64,000 bases of DNA from Eledone cirrhosa (GCA_964016885.1 OZ024740.1:218240001-218304000); one strand, 5' to 3'; shown: positions 16,700 to 31,530, counted from the first letter of the stretch. Notes: generated by a model from the letters alone, not told the origin. A program made the numbers and translations.

Positions 16700-17342
16700 G
16701 TATATATATATATATGTATATATATATACGATAACAAGTAATCGTTATAGGTAATCCAGTTAGAGGTTGTGAGTATTCTGCGTCGTGGATAGTTTTGGTC
16801 AGAGGTAAATAATGTAATGGAGATCGAGTGACGCAACCTCGAGCGATTAGCGACCTCTAGACCCACCTGATCAATGAAACAATTGTTACTACCTGAAATA
16901 AAGCCCCTTGTTGTACAGCCAACCATGTTACTCTTCATAACTTTGCTTTCATCCTTACGGTGTCGATAAAATAAAGTACCAGTAATGCACTGGGTAATTG
17001 ATGGCCTTGTGCCTAAAGTAGAAACAATTATTTTACATATGTGTGTGTGTGTGTTTGTTTGTTTGTGGGTGTGTGTGTGTGTGTTCATTTTATTATGGTT
17101 AAATAGCGAGTCTTGTTACTCTGGTATTTCTCCTGTTTATCACAGTGTCATCACACAAGAACATGTGGTAAACAGGCGAACTTCTAGAGTAACCAGTCTC
17201 ACTATTTAGCCTTTATAAAATGAATACCTCAGCCCTCAACTACATTCGGATATATATATATATAGAGAGAGAGAGGGACGAGGCTGAGTAGTTACTAATA
17301 ACGTGTGTTAGAAAAGGGACACGAACAAGAGATAGACATTTT

Positions 17343-17417
17343 CCCTTCATCAGTTGTCTCTTAGGGGTCACAGATGTTTCAGCGCATTATAGATAATACA
17401 TCTATTTGTAGCGCGCC
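17343..17417 (-). ncRNA. Candidate scrambled-order hammerhead-like motif, family 1
   Basis: GGCGCG..AGAUGU-A-UUAUCU-AUAA-UGCGCU-GAA-ACAUCU..AGACAA-CUGAUGA. Confidence 0.55.
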
Positions 17418-17527
17418 CATAACTTATTATCAACAAGTTTTGAGGAAAAGAAAAGACAAAAAAGAGGCGATAACGGAGAGAGAGAAAGAAAAAAAAGTGA
17501 GAGAAAAGGGGGAAACACAGGACAATG

Positions 17528-17633
<106 letters not shown>

Positions 17634-17990
17634 GTATATATATATGTATATATTACATAGTAGTTTAACAATGATAACAAGTTATATTACATATTTCCTT
17701 TATTGTTTTACGATCGTTTCGGGGTTTGATCATAATGAGATATTGACTAATCTATAACAGTTAGAGAACTGTATACTACCAGACAATATATGGGTTCGAT
17801 CATATCGTCTTCTTCGGAAATATGTAAAATAACTTATCATTGTTAAACTAATATGAATATATCAGACTCTGTATCTGAAAGATTGACTCAGCGAAACGCG
17901 GAACCAATCTCTGGATATCACTGAACTATTTGCTAACGAATTACATTGAGTTCTAACTGCGGTATAGACCCTACCAAAAAAGGTAGACCA

Positions 17991-18042
<52 letters not shown>

Positions 18043-18043
18043 T

Positions 18044-18077
<34 letters not shown>

Positions 18078-18439
18078 CTTGCGTGCGTGTGTTTGTGTGT
18101 GTGTGTACATATATATGTGTATATTATGCATATCTATATACTACTAAAACTGTGATTGTGTACTTGTCTGTAATTTAATACATCCAAAACGACGCATAAT
18201 GGGAAAATACTTTGAAAGAAGTTGCCCCTGAAATGGGAATACAAATGGAATAAAACAAGTTTCGCGTAAATCCGAGCACGGGTTCCCGAGATACGGGTTC
18301 TTTCCGGGTACCTTCATAAACATAGAGAGAGAAAGATAGAGAGAAAGGGATAGTGGTTGTGAGAGAGTAGATTGAAAGAGAGACAGAGAGAGAGAGAGGG
18401 TAACAGAGAGAGAAAATGCAAGAGAGAGAGAGAGATAGG

Positions 18440-18497
<58 letters not shown>

Positions 18498-18693
18498 GGT
18501 GGTGTTGTTAAATGAAATTATAACAAGTGAATTCAAAGAATTGAATACAGCATTAATGTACAGCATTAGTGTAGTGAATATTTCCTGCTAAATAGGAAGG
18601 GTTTCTAAGTGTGTGTGTGTATGTGTATGTGTGTGTATGTGTGTGTGTATGTATCTGTGTGACTGTGACCAGTGTATATAGATCACATACACC

Positions 18694-18725
<32 letters not shown>

Positions 18726-19084
18726 CATACATACACACACAGATATACACTCAGACACACACAGACACACACACACATATATATATATATACACATACAT
18801 ATATATATATATATATATATTTCGTTTCTGAATTTGTTTAGCAAGATTCTTTATCTGAAATCGTGTGTTGAAACCGATATTGTTATACTTTGGGAGGGTC
18901 ATGTTGCCAATAAGAAACACACGCACCAGTTGCTTTCACTTCAATTTATTATATATTCATAATTTACAAACTAATAAATTTCTGGTTGGTTGGTTGGTTC
19001 CACAACCAGATAGTTGTTTATATATAGTCATAGTCCTTTCGTCACACACTCTGTGACCTCTTCAGTGACTGGGGATTCCTTTCT

Positions 19085-19585
19085 TTGTTTAGAAGGGCCC
19101 TAAATAAACATAAACTCAAACTCAATATTAAGATAGTAGAAAGACCAGGTACCTCCGTAAAAACACTTATTAGCAAGACATACCCGTTCCAAAGACCCTC
19201 ATGTATAGATAAGAAATGTATAACCTGCAAAATAAGCCCCCATATTAACTGTAAAACTAGAAATGTAGTGTATAGCATAAGATGTACTGAAGGACAATGT
19301 AGAAACAAAAATATAGTGTACATAGGTGAGACAGCTCGTAGTATAGGGGAACGAATAAATGAACACTGGCGAGGCCTCCAAGATAATAAAGAATCATCTG
19401 TGCTCTACCAACATGCTAAGATAGAACACAGGGGTAGATTAGAGAACATAGAAATAAAAATAGAATCCACACACAGAAAAGATGCAATGTTTAGGCAAAT
19501 TACAGAGGCAGTAAGCATAAAAGAATTACAACCAAAATTAAATAGAAAATATGAGTGGAACAGCAACATCACAACTTACAATTAA
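19085..19585 (+). pseudogene. PLE C-terminal Cys-rich linker plus GIY-YIG endonuclease (5' truncated)
   Basis: CIDKKCITC, VVYSIRC..C..YIGETAR..ERINEH..H, R.ITEAV.I...PKLN motifs. Confidence 0.9.
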
Positions 19586-19886
19586 GGACAAAATGAAAAC
19601 ACACACAGGACAAAATGAAAACACACACACACATAGAACAAACAACTTACAATTAAGGACAGAATGAAAACACACACAGGAAAAAATGAAAACACACACA
19701 CACATAGAACAAACAACCAACCAACAATAAATAAATAAATAAATAAACAAATAGATAAATGAACACAAACACACACAGACACCCGGATATGGCGCATGCG
19801 CAAACTGAACACACAACACACACACAGAAACAAAATGGCGTAGGATAGAAGAAAGGAAAGGCACAGAAACAAAGAAAGGAATCCCC

Positions 19887-19931
19887 AGTCACTGAAGAGG
19901 TCACAGAGTGTGTGACGAAAGGACTATGACT
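19887..19931 (+). ncRNA. Minimal type I hammerhead ribozyme in the PLE pLTR (inverted copy at 19026-19070)
   Basis: AGUCA-CUGAAGA-G-GUCACA..UGUGAC-GAAA-GGAC-UA-UGACU. Confidence 0.85.
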
Positions 19932-20120
19932 ATATATAAACAACTATCTGGTTGTGGAACCAACCAACCAACCAGAAATTTATAAGTTTGTAAATTTGTA
20001 AATTTATAAATTTATGAATATATAATAAATTGAAGTGAAAGCAACTGGTGCGTGTGTTTCTTATTGGCAACATGACCCTCCCAAAGTATAACAATATATA
20101 TATATATATATATTTTTTTT

Positions 20121-20219
20121 TTAAAGCGATGAAATAACAATGAAGGTTGGAAGATCACTGATGAAGAACTAATTTTATTCATATGTAACCCATGTGCAAC
20201 CACGCAGCACTCCATTTTT

Positions 20220-20220
<1 letters not shown>
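20121..20220 (+). ncRNA. 3' half of the scrambled hammerhead-like motif, same family as 50707-50834, inside (TA)n
   Basis: AAAGCGAU-GAAA-UAAC..AAGAUCA-CUGAUGA, followed by the shared tail. Confidence 0.55.
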
Positions 20221-20291
<71 letters not shown>

Positions 20292-20294
<3 letters not shown>

Positions 20295-23200
20295 ATAATA
20301 ATAAATTTGAAGACTAAAATCCAAAGAGGGCTCGATAAGGATAAATATATATCAAATATATAAGAACCGTAGAGCAAAACTTTATTAAAATAACAGATTA
20401 AAGTTTAAGCAAAGAATCGCTGCTTTCACCCTTAACGGGATCTTCTGAAACTAACAAAGTCAATCTGTGAACGCAGAAGTGAATATTTCAAAAAACGTTG
20501 CAACCAGAGGAAGACAGGAAGACGATACTTTGGTTCGTGGAAACGTTCCCTGGCAAAGAACGGGAAAAAACGAATATAATACGTCATTATTTGGAGCGGT
20601 GAAAAACAATTACACGCAAAGACAGAACCACGTTTATGGTATAAAAGAAGTCGTAGACTAATATTCTCTTAGGTGGTTCATAGAGACGTTCTCTGGCATT
20701 GAACGGAAAAAACGAAGATAATACGTCATATGTGGAACGTGGAGAACAATTGCACGCAAAGACAAAACCACGTAAATGGTATAACTGAAGTCGTAGACTA
20801 AAATTCTAACTAGGAAACCGAATGATTCTCCGCTTCAGAGTTAAGAATAAAGTAAATAAAATACAGAGGTAATTGAAATTAAATAAATACATACACGCAT
20901 CCAAATACGTACATACACAAGCATACGCGAAAACACTCGCCATAGGTATACAAATACACGCACATATAAATATGTGTGTGCGTACGTGTATACAAATAAT
21001 TAAATAAATGTATATAAATAAATAAATACGTATATAACAAGCGCACACACATACCTACATGTAAATACACAAATGTTCGGAGACGCACGTCAAACAAAAC
21101 ACACACACACCCTACATACGTACGAACCCGCATACTCACACAGACGCAAAACTCACGTATACACATGACCAAAAGCATATGTACCAGAATATATAAAATA
21201 TACGCCATAACATATACAATCAAATATACGTACGAGAAAGTATACGTACCTTCACAAAACATACAGGTAATATATACTTACCTATGCATATAAGTAATGG
21301 TATAAACATAGCATATACTTAGCTACCACATCAAGACGTAAAATATCCGCGTATAGATTGTACTATCCGTTAGGGTATAATGTGGGGCTGTAATACAGGA
21401 AAGTTTTGTGCAATTTATGTTTACAAGCCGAAATTGCCTCAGATTTTTTGTTTAAGATGTGGTCTGTGGCGTAGAGTATTTCCAGGGCCCCAGTGGCGCA
21501 GAGGTCACATGGTCTTTTATTTCCGTTATACGATCTATCCCTAGCTAGGATCTCCCAGTGTAACTTATATTGGGTGTGGTTGTCTTTTAGACTCCAGATA
21601 TAAGCTGAAAGTGACGTCATATTCCTTCTTAGAGGGTAACGAAAAGAATGGGTATGCATGTAAAGACGCTGCTTGAATCTATTGGCGGTTAACCCTATGT
21701 AGGCCCTACGGGACGTGGGTGTTTCAACCTTACATTTGTAGACAATGTTACTAGAGAGGCATTTCCCGGATAGGGGGGCAATCAATCCGATTCCTATAAT
21801 TACAGTTAGAACTAATTACAGGGTTGCACGTGTTCCTACGTCTAGGTAGTTTAGCTAAATTTGAAGCTGTGCTGTTATGTGCAAGGTTAGGAGTCGTAGG
21901 GTAAGAAATTTTAATAGTATTTCTATTAAAAATGTTACTATATTTATGTGTAGGGGGAAAATGCTTCGTAATAAGGGATAGAAAGATCTTAACTAATGGT
22001 GTGGCCACCTCCATATTATATGGTGGGTTATACCATATAATGCGTTGGGATCTATTTCTTCTAGGTCTATTCTCGTACTCTGTATATGCTACCTTATCAA
22101 CAAATCCACTCCGAGAAAGTGCTTCATTGTAATATGTAGAATGGTCGTTGAAAATAAGCTCGTTAGTAGATAGACGGGAAAGCCTCAAAGAAACGTTTCT
22201 TACGAGGTTCTTGGTTATGCTGGCAGGATGGTTGGAATGCTTACTTATGTAATTAAGCGTATCATTCGGCTTTCTATACGGGTAATACAACCCATTCGAT
22301 AAATTGGGGGTAACGTCGAGGTAATTAACGACCGAGAGGTTGGCCTCAACCTGTATAGAGAGGTTGAAGCCTTTAAAGATGGCTGTGAGTTCTTTTCTGA
22401 ACCTGTCGCAAGCACGAGGGCCGCACTTAGTCATGGTCAAAAGACTATCATCACGGTACAAACCACCGCCCACGTTGGGGAATTCGTCCTTGATAGAGAA
22501 AAGAAGGAAAAGGCCGATAAGATCAGTAACCTCCGCAGAATCGCTGGCGCCCATACTCACATCGAATGGGGTACTATTAGATTTTTTAATCCAAATAGAG
22601 TCGTCGAAATTAATCACCGACTTACGGGCATTGAGGATGACATCGACTTCGAAATTCTTAACCACTGTGAGTGTTTTAGCGAAATTGATAGCTCTAAGGA
22701 GAAGTGATGGAGGAGTAGTAATTATTGAGGGGCCAAACTTCTAATTTCAGGTATAATTCTATCAAGAATCCTTTTACTAAGTCTGCCTAAATCGGACTTC
22801 GTAGGGTTAATAAGCCGAATAGAGGGGTTGTTCGGAAAATTGGATTTGTGATCCTTCAGGGTAAAGTGGGGAGAAATAGGGTCCAGAGGTTCGGTCCGGT
22901 CCAGGATGTTGAGATCAGAGGTGATTTTAAACCCAGCATCGTTGATTTCATTGATGACGCACCGATTAGTTTTACGGTAATCCTTAGTTACAGCATTATG
23001 TAGTAGTTGATGGTAAGTACTGCGGTCCACTTGATATAGGTTGCCAGTTTTGTCGGAATGGACGTGCATGGCATTAGAATCCTTAATAGAACGAATTCTA
23101 TTCTTCAGGTCTTACTGGAAGGAATTGCTCCTATTCCGAAATTTGATACTCCGTATGAGTTCAAAGACATTATTTTGGAAGGGTAGCTATGTTGGGTTGC

Positions 23201-23354
23201 ACGGAGGGTTATTATAGGTTTTAAACCCAAATTTATCCTGTTTGTTGTCTGGTTTTCGCTGATTATCGAAATAAAGGGCACGCCAACGCAACCTTTTAAT
23301 GAACGGGTCTGTTTTCTGTATCAGGTGTTTTAGGTATATTTTCCTGCTTGGTAA
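20292..23354 (-). mobile_element. Near full-length degenerate PLE (RT plus GIY-YIG, CxCx5C-type linker, Hydra-clade-like) with long 3' UTR
   Basis: ORFs 22722-23069 (DKTGNLY, TLKDHK.NF..NP..RLINP), 21751-22665 (FDVSMG..D.AE, LYRDD, WYNPPY) and 21363-21785 (IVYKC, YIGLT..FK.R, CDLC). Both ends abut (TA)n. Confidence 0.9.
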
Positions 23355-23368
23355 TATATATATATATG

Positions 23369-23423
23369 AGATTCTACACGACTAGAACTGTTTCATTCTT
23401 TAGAAATCTTCAGGAATCTGGCT
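23369..23423 (-). ncRNA. Type I hammerhead in an inverted pLTR fragment (23368-23660)
   Basis: AGAUUC-CUGAAGA-U-UUCU/AGAA-U-GAAA-CAG..GUG-UA-GAAUCU. Homologous to 31190-31240. Confidence 0.8.
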
Positions 23424-23659
23424 TTCCAAAAATAAATGTTATGGTATTTATATATTTTCAGGTGGTAGAAGAGGGTGGGGAGTTGGATGGGTGGAGGTCA
23501 TTGGTTGAAAGAAAAGGGAATTCATTAAAGGCTAATTCTTTAAGGCTATAATTTATATTTAGAGTGACAAAGGCAGAAAGAATTCTATAAACAAGTTCAG
23601 AATGGGGTGCCACTCCTTATTTTTAAGTTTCTCTTAAGCTAACAATGGCTATATTTCAG

Positions 23660-25155
23660 GTGTCCCTGGAGCAGAATATCTGAGGCAATATCCTGGTTCC
23701 AAGAATTACCCGACAAACGCTTCCTGCAACTCGACATAGAAAACTACTATGCTTCTATCTCGGAGCCCCTCCTGAAGGACGCAATTACCTTTGCCAGGAA
23801 TTTTACCACCATAAGCGATGCTGAGCAAGATGTTATCCTCCATGCCCGTAAGACCTTCCTATACCACGATGGATCTTACTGGCTAAACAAGAAGTCTCAG
23901 ACCCCATTTGACGTCAGCATGGGAGCGAGTGACTCGGCTGAAATTAGCGACCTTGTGGGCCTGTACATTTTACATCACCTGAAGAACCTCTTTACTAGCC
24001 TAACCGGAGGTTTATACCGAGACGACGGCCTCTTCGCCCTGCACAAGGTTAACCCCAGAACCACCGATGGGTTTCGGAGAAACTTAAGCTCGTTCTTCCG
24101 TAATCTAGGATTTAGTATAACTATAGAATCTAACATGACCAGGGCCAACTTTTTAGATGTCACTCTCGACCTGGATACTTCCTTCTATTACCCGTACCAC
24201 AAACCTAATGAGTCCCTTAGATATATTAATGTTAATTCTAACCACCCCAAAAACATCACTGATAACTTAGTAAAAAGCGTCTCTATTAGAATCTCTGGCC
24301 TCTCTGCCAATGAAAATATTTTTAACGCTTCTGCCTCCTACTACAATGACGCCCTCGCCCACAGCGGATTTAAAGAAAAGATAACCTACCTAGAAACCAC
24401 CGCAAGACTGCATAGGAGGAATAGGCATGGGCCGATTAGCTGGTACAACCCTCCCTTCAATAGAGAGGTCTCTACACCTATAGCTAGGATTTTCTTCACT
24501 TTGCTGAACACACACTTCCCCATACAACATAGGTACTACACCATCTTTAATAAGAACACAATAAGACTCTCCTACTCCACCACACCTAACCTAGCTAGGA
24601 ATATAGCCAATCACAATTCTAAAAAATTAAATAAGCCAACCACCTCCGAACCCAATCCCCGGACTGGAGCTTTGTGTAATTGCCTAAATAAGGAAGCCTG
24701 CCCACTTGATAACAAATGCCTGACAAATGATATCGTATACAAATGCGATGTCATCTCAGGCACCGATGATTGCAGCAACAAAAAACTTACATCGGCATGA
24801 CTTCCAATAACTTTAAGACCCGCTCCTTCAGAAGACCGGACAAATCAAACCAGACAACACTCGCCTCCTATGTTTGGGACCTCAAAAGGAACTCCACCCC
24901 CTTCACGCTTAAATGGAAAATACTCCAGAAGCGCGCTCATACAACGGAGGACACAAGTGCTGCGACCTCTGTATCTCAGAGAGCTACGAAATGTTATTCG
25001 CCAAGGGCCCGCTACTGAACAAACTCTCTGAACACTGCCCGAACTGCATGCACAAAAACTTTGCAACTTTCAAATACCTTAAGCCAGTGTTAAGGCCCGA
25101 TGGCAAAAAACGATGCCCCCCCCCCTTTTTTTTTAAACGCCTGCCGACAAAATAG
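23660..25155 (+). pseudogene. 5'-truncated PLE ORF (RT plus GIY-YIG, Hydra-clade-like), frameshifted near the C-terminus
   Basis: LQLDIENYYASI, MGASDSAE, LYRDD, NFLDVT, WYNPPF, CNCLNKEAC, IVYKC, YIGMT, CDLC. Confidence 0.9.
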
Positions 25156-25365
25156 CCCCTCTAACCCCTTCCCACCCCACCCTACCCCTCCTCTTACCTA
25201 TCTGCATTTTCTGTTTGTAGAGCTGTTTTTATGTGCCTGTGTATAAGCGTATATTTATGAGTACATGTTTGTATGTATTTGTATGAGTGGCCGTTCGTTT
25301 GTATGCATATCGCTGTGTGTACGTGCGTTCACATGTACCTGCATATGGGCATGTTTGTGTATGCT

Positions 25366-25443
<78 letters not shown>

Positions 25444-25525
25444 TGTATGTGTATGCATGTATATATATATATATGTATATATGTATATATATGTATACAT
25501 ATATGTGTACATATATATATATATT

Positions 25526-25583
<58 letters not shown>

Positions 25584-25898
25584 AATTATCGAGATTCGCA
25601 TTTCGGCCCACGAAATAACGAAAAACAACCTCCGAGATGTGAGGCAAGTGCTCAATGGTTCAGATGAACCAGAGCTATAACAAACGTTAAACGCCAAAAC
25701 ACACTGAGATGATGGTTAAACAATCATTCGCATAGCCAAAAAAACGATCAAGTAATTTGGGTATTGAAAATCTACCCGGACCCCTGGAAGGTTGGTAAAA
25801 TCCAGTATTTGGGTTTCTGCGGCTCCTAAATCAAGTACCGTCCGCTTACATAAATAATGTCAGGCTTCTGGTAAGATGATTTGAACAAGAAAGCCACT

Positions 25899-25988
<90 letters not shown>

Positions 25989-26174
25989 ATGTATATATGT
26001 ATATGTATATATGTGTATATATATATATATATATGTGTGTGTGTTTATATATATATGTATATATATATATATATATGTATGTATGTGTATATATATACAT
26101 ATATATATGTATGTATGTATATGTGTGTGTATGTATATGTATGTATATATATATATATGTGATAAAATGGGGAG

Positions 26175-26225
<51 letters not shown>

Positions 26226-26228
26226 TAG

Positions 26229-26296
<68 letters not shown>

Positions 26297-26372
26297 GAGA
26301 TATGCACGGTAAGTTGTGGGGTCCACATACACACACAGAGACACACATGTATATATATATATATATACATAT

Positions 26373-26450
<78 letters not shown>

Positions 26451-26539
26451 ATATGTATATGTATGTATGTGTGTATATATATATATATCTACATATATGT
26501 GTATATATGTATATGTGTATATATATGTATATATATATG

Positions 26540-26586
<47 letters not shown>

Positions 26587-26738
26587 GTATATATATTTAT
26601 ATATATATGTATATATATAAATGTGTGTATGTGTATATATGTGTATATGTGTATGTGTGTGTATGTATATATATATATATATATATACGTGTTTGTGTGT
26701 TTATGTGTGTATGTGCTTGTATATGTATATACATGTCA

Positions 26739-26788
<50 letters not shown>

Positions 26789-26795
26789 GTGTATA

Positions 26796-26870
<75 letters not shown>

Positions 26871-27683
26871 TAAAACATGTCTATAGAATCACAAGATAAA
26901 ATATATACTATTTCCTCTCCCAATTAGCATAATTAACTATATAAAAAATCGAATAGACCAGGCTATACGAATGAGGCTTCTATGAAGGAATCTCCAACAA
27001 ATAACCAAAACTAGCGCTTCGCGTCGGCCGTAGTGGAATATTTATCGAATATTTCGACAGCGTAAGCGCCTAGATACAGTCAACTAAGCAGAATTAGGTT
27101 TAAAATAAACTAGGAGAAAATAGAATACACTTAAATACCTCTACCATGGTTTTGTCTATGTTTTGAGTTATCCAATAATTATGTAATAATTATATAAACT
27201 CGAGCGCCGGATTCTTCAGCAAGCTCGCTCATATCTAGACATTAAATTTTCCAAAACGATTGCGCCAAGAATTCATTTCAAAATGGCTAAAAATCGTGAC
27301 GTAGTCGCGGTCAAGTTGGAAGGGGTGTGGTAGTTGCTTACGACTGGTGGCATTTTTGCTAGAAAGCACAGCACAATACAGCCAAATTTGTATCTCAACC
27401 TAGTGGGAGATTATTACATATAAAAGTTTACATATATATATATACATACACATACATATACGTGTTTTGCAACTGGTCACTTTTTGGCTCAATGAAAAAT
27501 TAATAAATTAAACAATCAGAGCTATATATCATAAAACATGTCTATAGAATCACAAGATAAAATATATACTATTTCCTCTCCCAATTAGCATAATATATAT
27601 ATATATGTGTGTGTGTGTGTTTATATATATATGTATATATATATATGTATGTATGTGTATATATATATATATGTATGTATATG

Positions 27684-27718
<35 letters not shown>

Positions 27719-27782
27719 GTATATATATATATGTATACATGTGTGTCTGTGTGTGTCTGTGTGTGTGTATGTGGACCCCACA

Positions 27783-29790
27783 AGTAGTAGAAATTTAATT
27801 TAGGGGTAGAGGAATGAAGACTTAAGTTTTGAATTACTTTGAATGGAAAGAATACTTTGGGGGAGAAAAGAGGTCAAGCCGGTGAAAGGTACACGAAAAT
27901 TTGATGTTATTAAAGAATAATGCTAATGTTAAAACCGAGGGAGAATAAAATGTTAAGGTGTTAGTGAGAAATACCAATCTTATTTAAAACACAAGGAATT
28001 TAGATCTATAACAAGAAATTAAATTGATTGATAGGTATACTTATAGGGATAAATTTATATTAATTCATCTGGATGTGATAAATAAGAATTAGATGTTATT
28101 AAAGAATGTTGTTAAAAACGAAGGAAAATAAAATTTGGGGATAAATGTATTAGTGAGAAATACCAATCTTATATAGACTACAACGAGTCTAGATTCATAA
28201 CAGGAAATTAAAATAGTTTATATGTATACTTTTAGGTATTAATTTTAAGAAAAGAGAGCTGTAAGAGGGAAATAAAATTATGAAGTTCTCTGCAGTAAAG
28301 TACTAATTATAGGTTAACTAAATTAAAAAAAAATAATTATAATAATATGTAAAATATAAGTGTAAGGTGTATATTAATTAGGTTTATAATATTTGAAAGT
28401 TTTTCTAATTCTATGATTGCAAGATATAATTAATTCTTATCGCTTATTTAATAGGATATCCTTAGATTTCATTATTTCAAAAAGTTCCTGGGAGCATAAT
28501 CTACACTCATATCTGTTATTTTGATAAGGAGGGAAGGCCCTTTTGAGCACACTCCAGGTCAGGTTGTAATTGATATTCTCTTTTTCTATAATTATTAATT
28601 GTTTCAGCCAAGGATGTTGTATTAGCTAATGCGGCATTTTAAAAACTATGTTTGTGGCTATTAAATCTTACTTTAAATTGGTTAGAAGTAGCTCCTATAT
28701 ATGAATAAGTTGAGTCCTTAGTGCTAATTTTACATTTATATACTATGTTATTAATAAGACAATTTCCCTTTAATGGGCAATTTCTTTTGTTTCTACAGTT
28801 ACAACCATTCGTGAATATTATATCAGGGGAGATAGTCAAATTTGGTGTGGAATTTACTCGACTTGTTATATGTGAAGGAGATGGTGGTTTGTTGCGGTTT
28901 ATTTTAGTATTATGGTTGGTTTGATGTGTTGGTGGAATATTCGTGGTTTTTTTACATTCATATGCATAGTAGGCACTTATATTTTGTTGTATATTTTTGG
29001 TAGTGGAGTAGGAAAATTTGACAGTTGATGTATTTAAAATTTGATGGTATTTATGGTTTGGCGGGAAGTTTTTCTCTAGGATAGTAAAACATTTTTAGGG
29101 ATATTATCTTTAATTTGTAGATTAAAAGGAGCATTATACCAAGTAACTCGTCTATTACGGTTTCGTTGTTGTTTTTTTATATGTATACGATGTATCAGGA
29201 TGTTTACTAAGAGAGTTGGTATTAGTGAATTTATTATATATAAGTTTAGTTAGATTAACTGATTTAGGTGTTTTTTATATTTATACGATGTATCAGGATG
29301 TTTACTAAGAGAGTTAGTATTAAAATTAATACCTAAAATTATACATATAAACTATTTTAATTTCCTGTTATGAATCTAGACTCGTTGTAGTCTATATAAG
29401 ATTGGTATTTCTCACTAATACATTTATCCCCAAATTTTATTTTCCTTCGTTTTTAACATTCTTTAATAACATCTAATTCTTATTTATCACATCCAGATGA
29501 ATTAATATAAATTTATCCCTATAAGTATACCTATCAATCAATTTAATTTCTTGTTATAGATCTAAATTCCTTGTGTTTTAAATAAGATTGGTATTTCTCA
29601 CTAACACCTTAGCATTTTATTCTCCCTCGGTTTTAACATTAGCATTATTCTTTAATAACATCAAATTTTCGTGTACCTTTCACCGGCTTGACTTCTTTTC
29701 ATCCCCAAAGTATTCTTTTCATTCAAAGTATTCTTTCCATTCAAAACTTAAGTCTGCATTCCCCTACCCCTAAATTAAATTTCTACTACT
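27783..29790 (-). mobile_element. 5'-truncated Hydra-like PLE flanked by inverted repeats of about 460 bp
   Basis: ORF 28639-28839 (CNCRNKRNCPL.G.CL..NIVYKC..YIGAT..FK.R) and WYNAPF near 29140. Arms at about 27783-28246 and 29317-29790. Confidence 0.85.
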
Positions 29791-29918
29791 ACGATGATTC
29801 TATAAACTTGACCTCTTACTACTTTTCTATTGGTCAATTCAAAACCTGTTCCCAAACAGACCTATTATATTAAATCTTTGTTGGGTTTTTTTTTCAATAA
29901 ACAAATATCATTATTTCT

Positions 29919-30270
29919 ATTGGCAGTATCGGTAGAAGGTCGGACGCCATGCTTTCCAGCATAGTTACGTCCCTTTACGATCTGAGTTCAAATCCCGCCG
30001 AGGTTGACTTTGCCTTTCATCCTTACGGAGTCGATAAAATAAAATACCAGTAATGCACTGGGTAATTGCTGGCCTTGTGCCTAAAGTAGAAACAATTATT
30101 TCTGAGGTGGATTGGCAGTATTGGTAGAGGGTCGGACGCCATGCTTTGACGTATAGAGTTACGGTCTTTGCCTTTCTGAGTTCAAATCCCGCCAAGGTTA
30201 ACTTTGCCTTTCATCCTTACGGGCTCGATAAAATAAAGTACCAGTAATGCACTGGGTAATTGCTGGCCTT
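29919..30270 (+). mobile_element. Head-to-tail dimer of the Nin/Deu SINE inside a direct repeat of about 31 bp
   Basis: Two SINE units. TTTTTTTCAATAAACAAATATCATTATTTCT occurs at about 29888-29918 and 30273-30303. Confidence 0.8.
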
Positions 30271-30480
30271 GTTTTTTTTCAATAAACAAATATCATTATT
30301 TCTGAAGACAGCATATATATGTGAAGGTATGTATATTTCCTCTGATAGTTTTTAAATTTTGTACATAGATATATATGATATACATACCAACACACATATA
30401 TCCTAAAAACGATCGTAAAATGATGATTTTTTTAATATAAGGAACTTGTTCTTTGTTTTTATTCATTGTTCTTATTAATT

Positions 30481-30596
<116 letters not shown>

Positions 30597-30627
30597 ATAT
30601 GTATGTATATATGTATGTATATATATA

Positions 30628-30759
<132 letters not shown>

Positions 30760-30869
30760 TGTCTGTTGACACCTTGAATATAGCTTAAGAGAAATATGAC
30801 AATAATGATATGATAGGCACCCAATATTTTGAACTGGTTTATGGAATTCTCTTGGTCTTTCTCTCTAAG

Positions 30870-31325
30870 TAGAGCTTTAAAGAATTAGCTTTTAAAGAAT
30901 TTCACTTTTCTTTAAATCCATCAACCATGACCGACCCCCAACCATCTTATATACACCTGAAATATAGGCATCGTTAGCCTAAGAGAAACTTAAAAATAAG
31001 AAGTGGCTCCCCAATCTGAATTTGTTTATAGAATTCTTTCTGCCTTTGTCGCTCTAAATATAAATTATAGCCTTAAATAATTAGCCTTTAATGAATTCCA
31101 TTTTCTTTCAACCAATGACCTCCACCCATCCCACTCCCCACCCTCTCCTGAAAAGATATAAATACCACAACATTTATCTTTGGAAGGCCAGATTCCTGAT
31201 GATTTCTAAAGAATGAAACAGTTCTAGTCCTGTAGAATCTCATCTATATTAAAACTTTTATACTCTGCTATGTATTGAGTACCTTACTTACTGCGGTTAC
31301 CTCCGATTCAACCCGGAATAACTAA

Positions 31326-31328
<3 letters not shown>
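30870..31328 (+). mobile_element. Solo PLE pLTR/3' UTR
   Basis: Homologous to the reverse complement of 23368-23660 and to 39912-40095. Ends in (TA)n. Confidence 0.8.
31190..31240 (+). ncRNA. Canonical type I hammerhead ribozyme
   Basis: Stem I AGAUUC/GAAUCU, CUGAUGA, stem II UUCU/AGAA, GAAA, stem III CAG/CUG, GUA cleavage triplet. Confidence 0.9.
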
Positions 31329-31363
<35 letters not shown>

Positions 31364-31466
31364 CATATATATATATACATATATATACATATATATATAT
31401 ACATATATATACATATATATATATATATACATATATATACATATATATATATATACATATATATAC

Positions 31467-31503
<37 letters not shown>

Positions 31504-31530
31504 CATATATATACATATATAGATATATAC

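Larger units (their letters stand above)
18821..20096 (+). mobile_element. 5'-truncated Penelope-like element with inverted pseudo-LTR, inserted in (TA)n
   Basis: About 18877-19090 is the reverse complement of about 19867-20096, with a GIY-YIG ORF between them. Confidence 0.92.
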
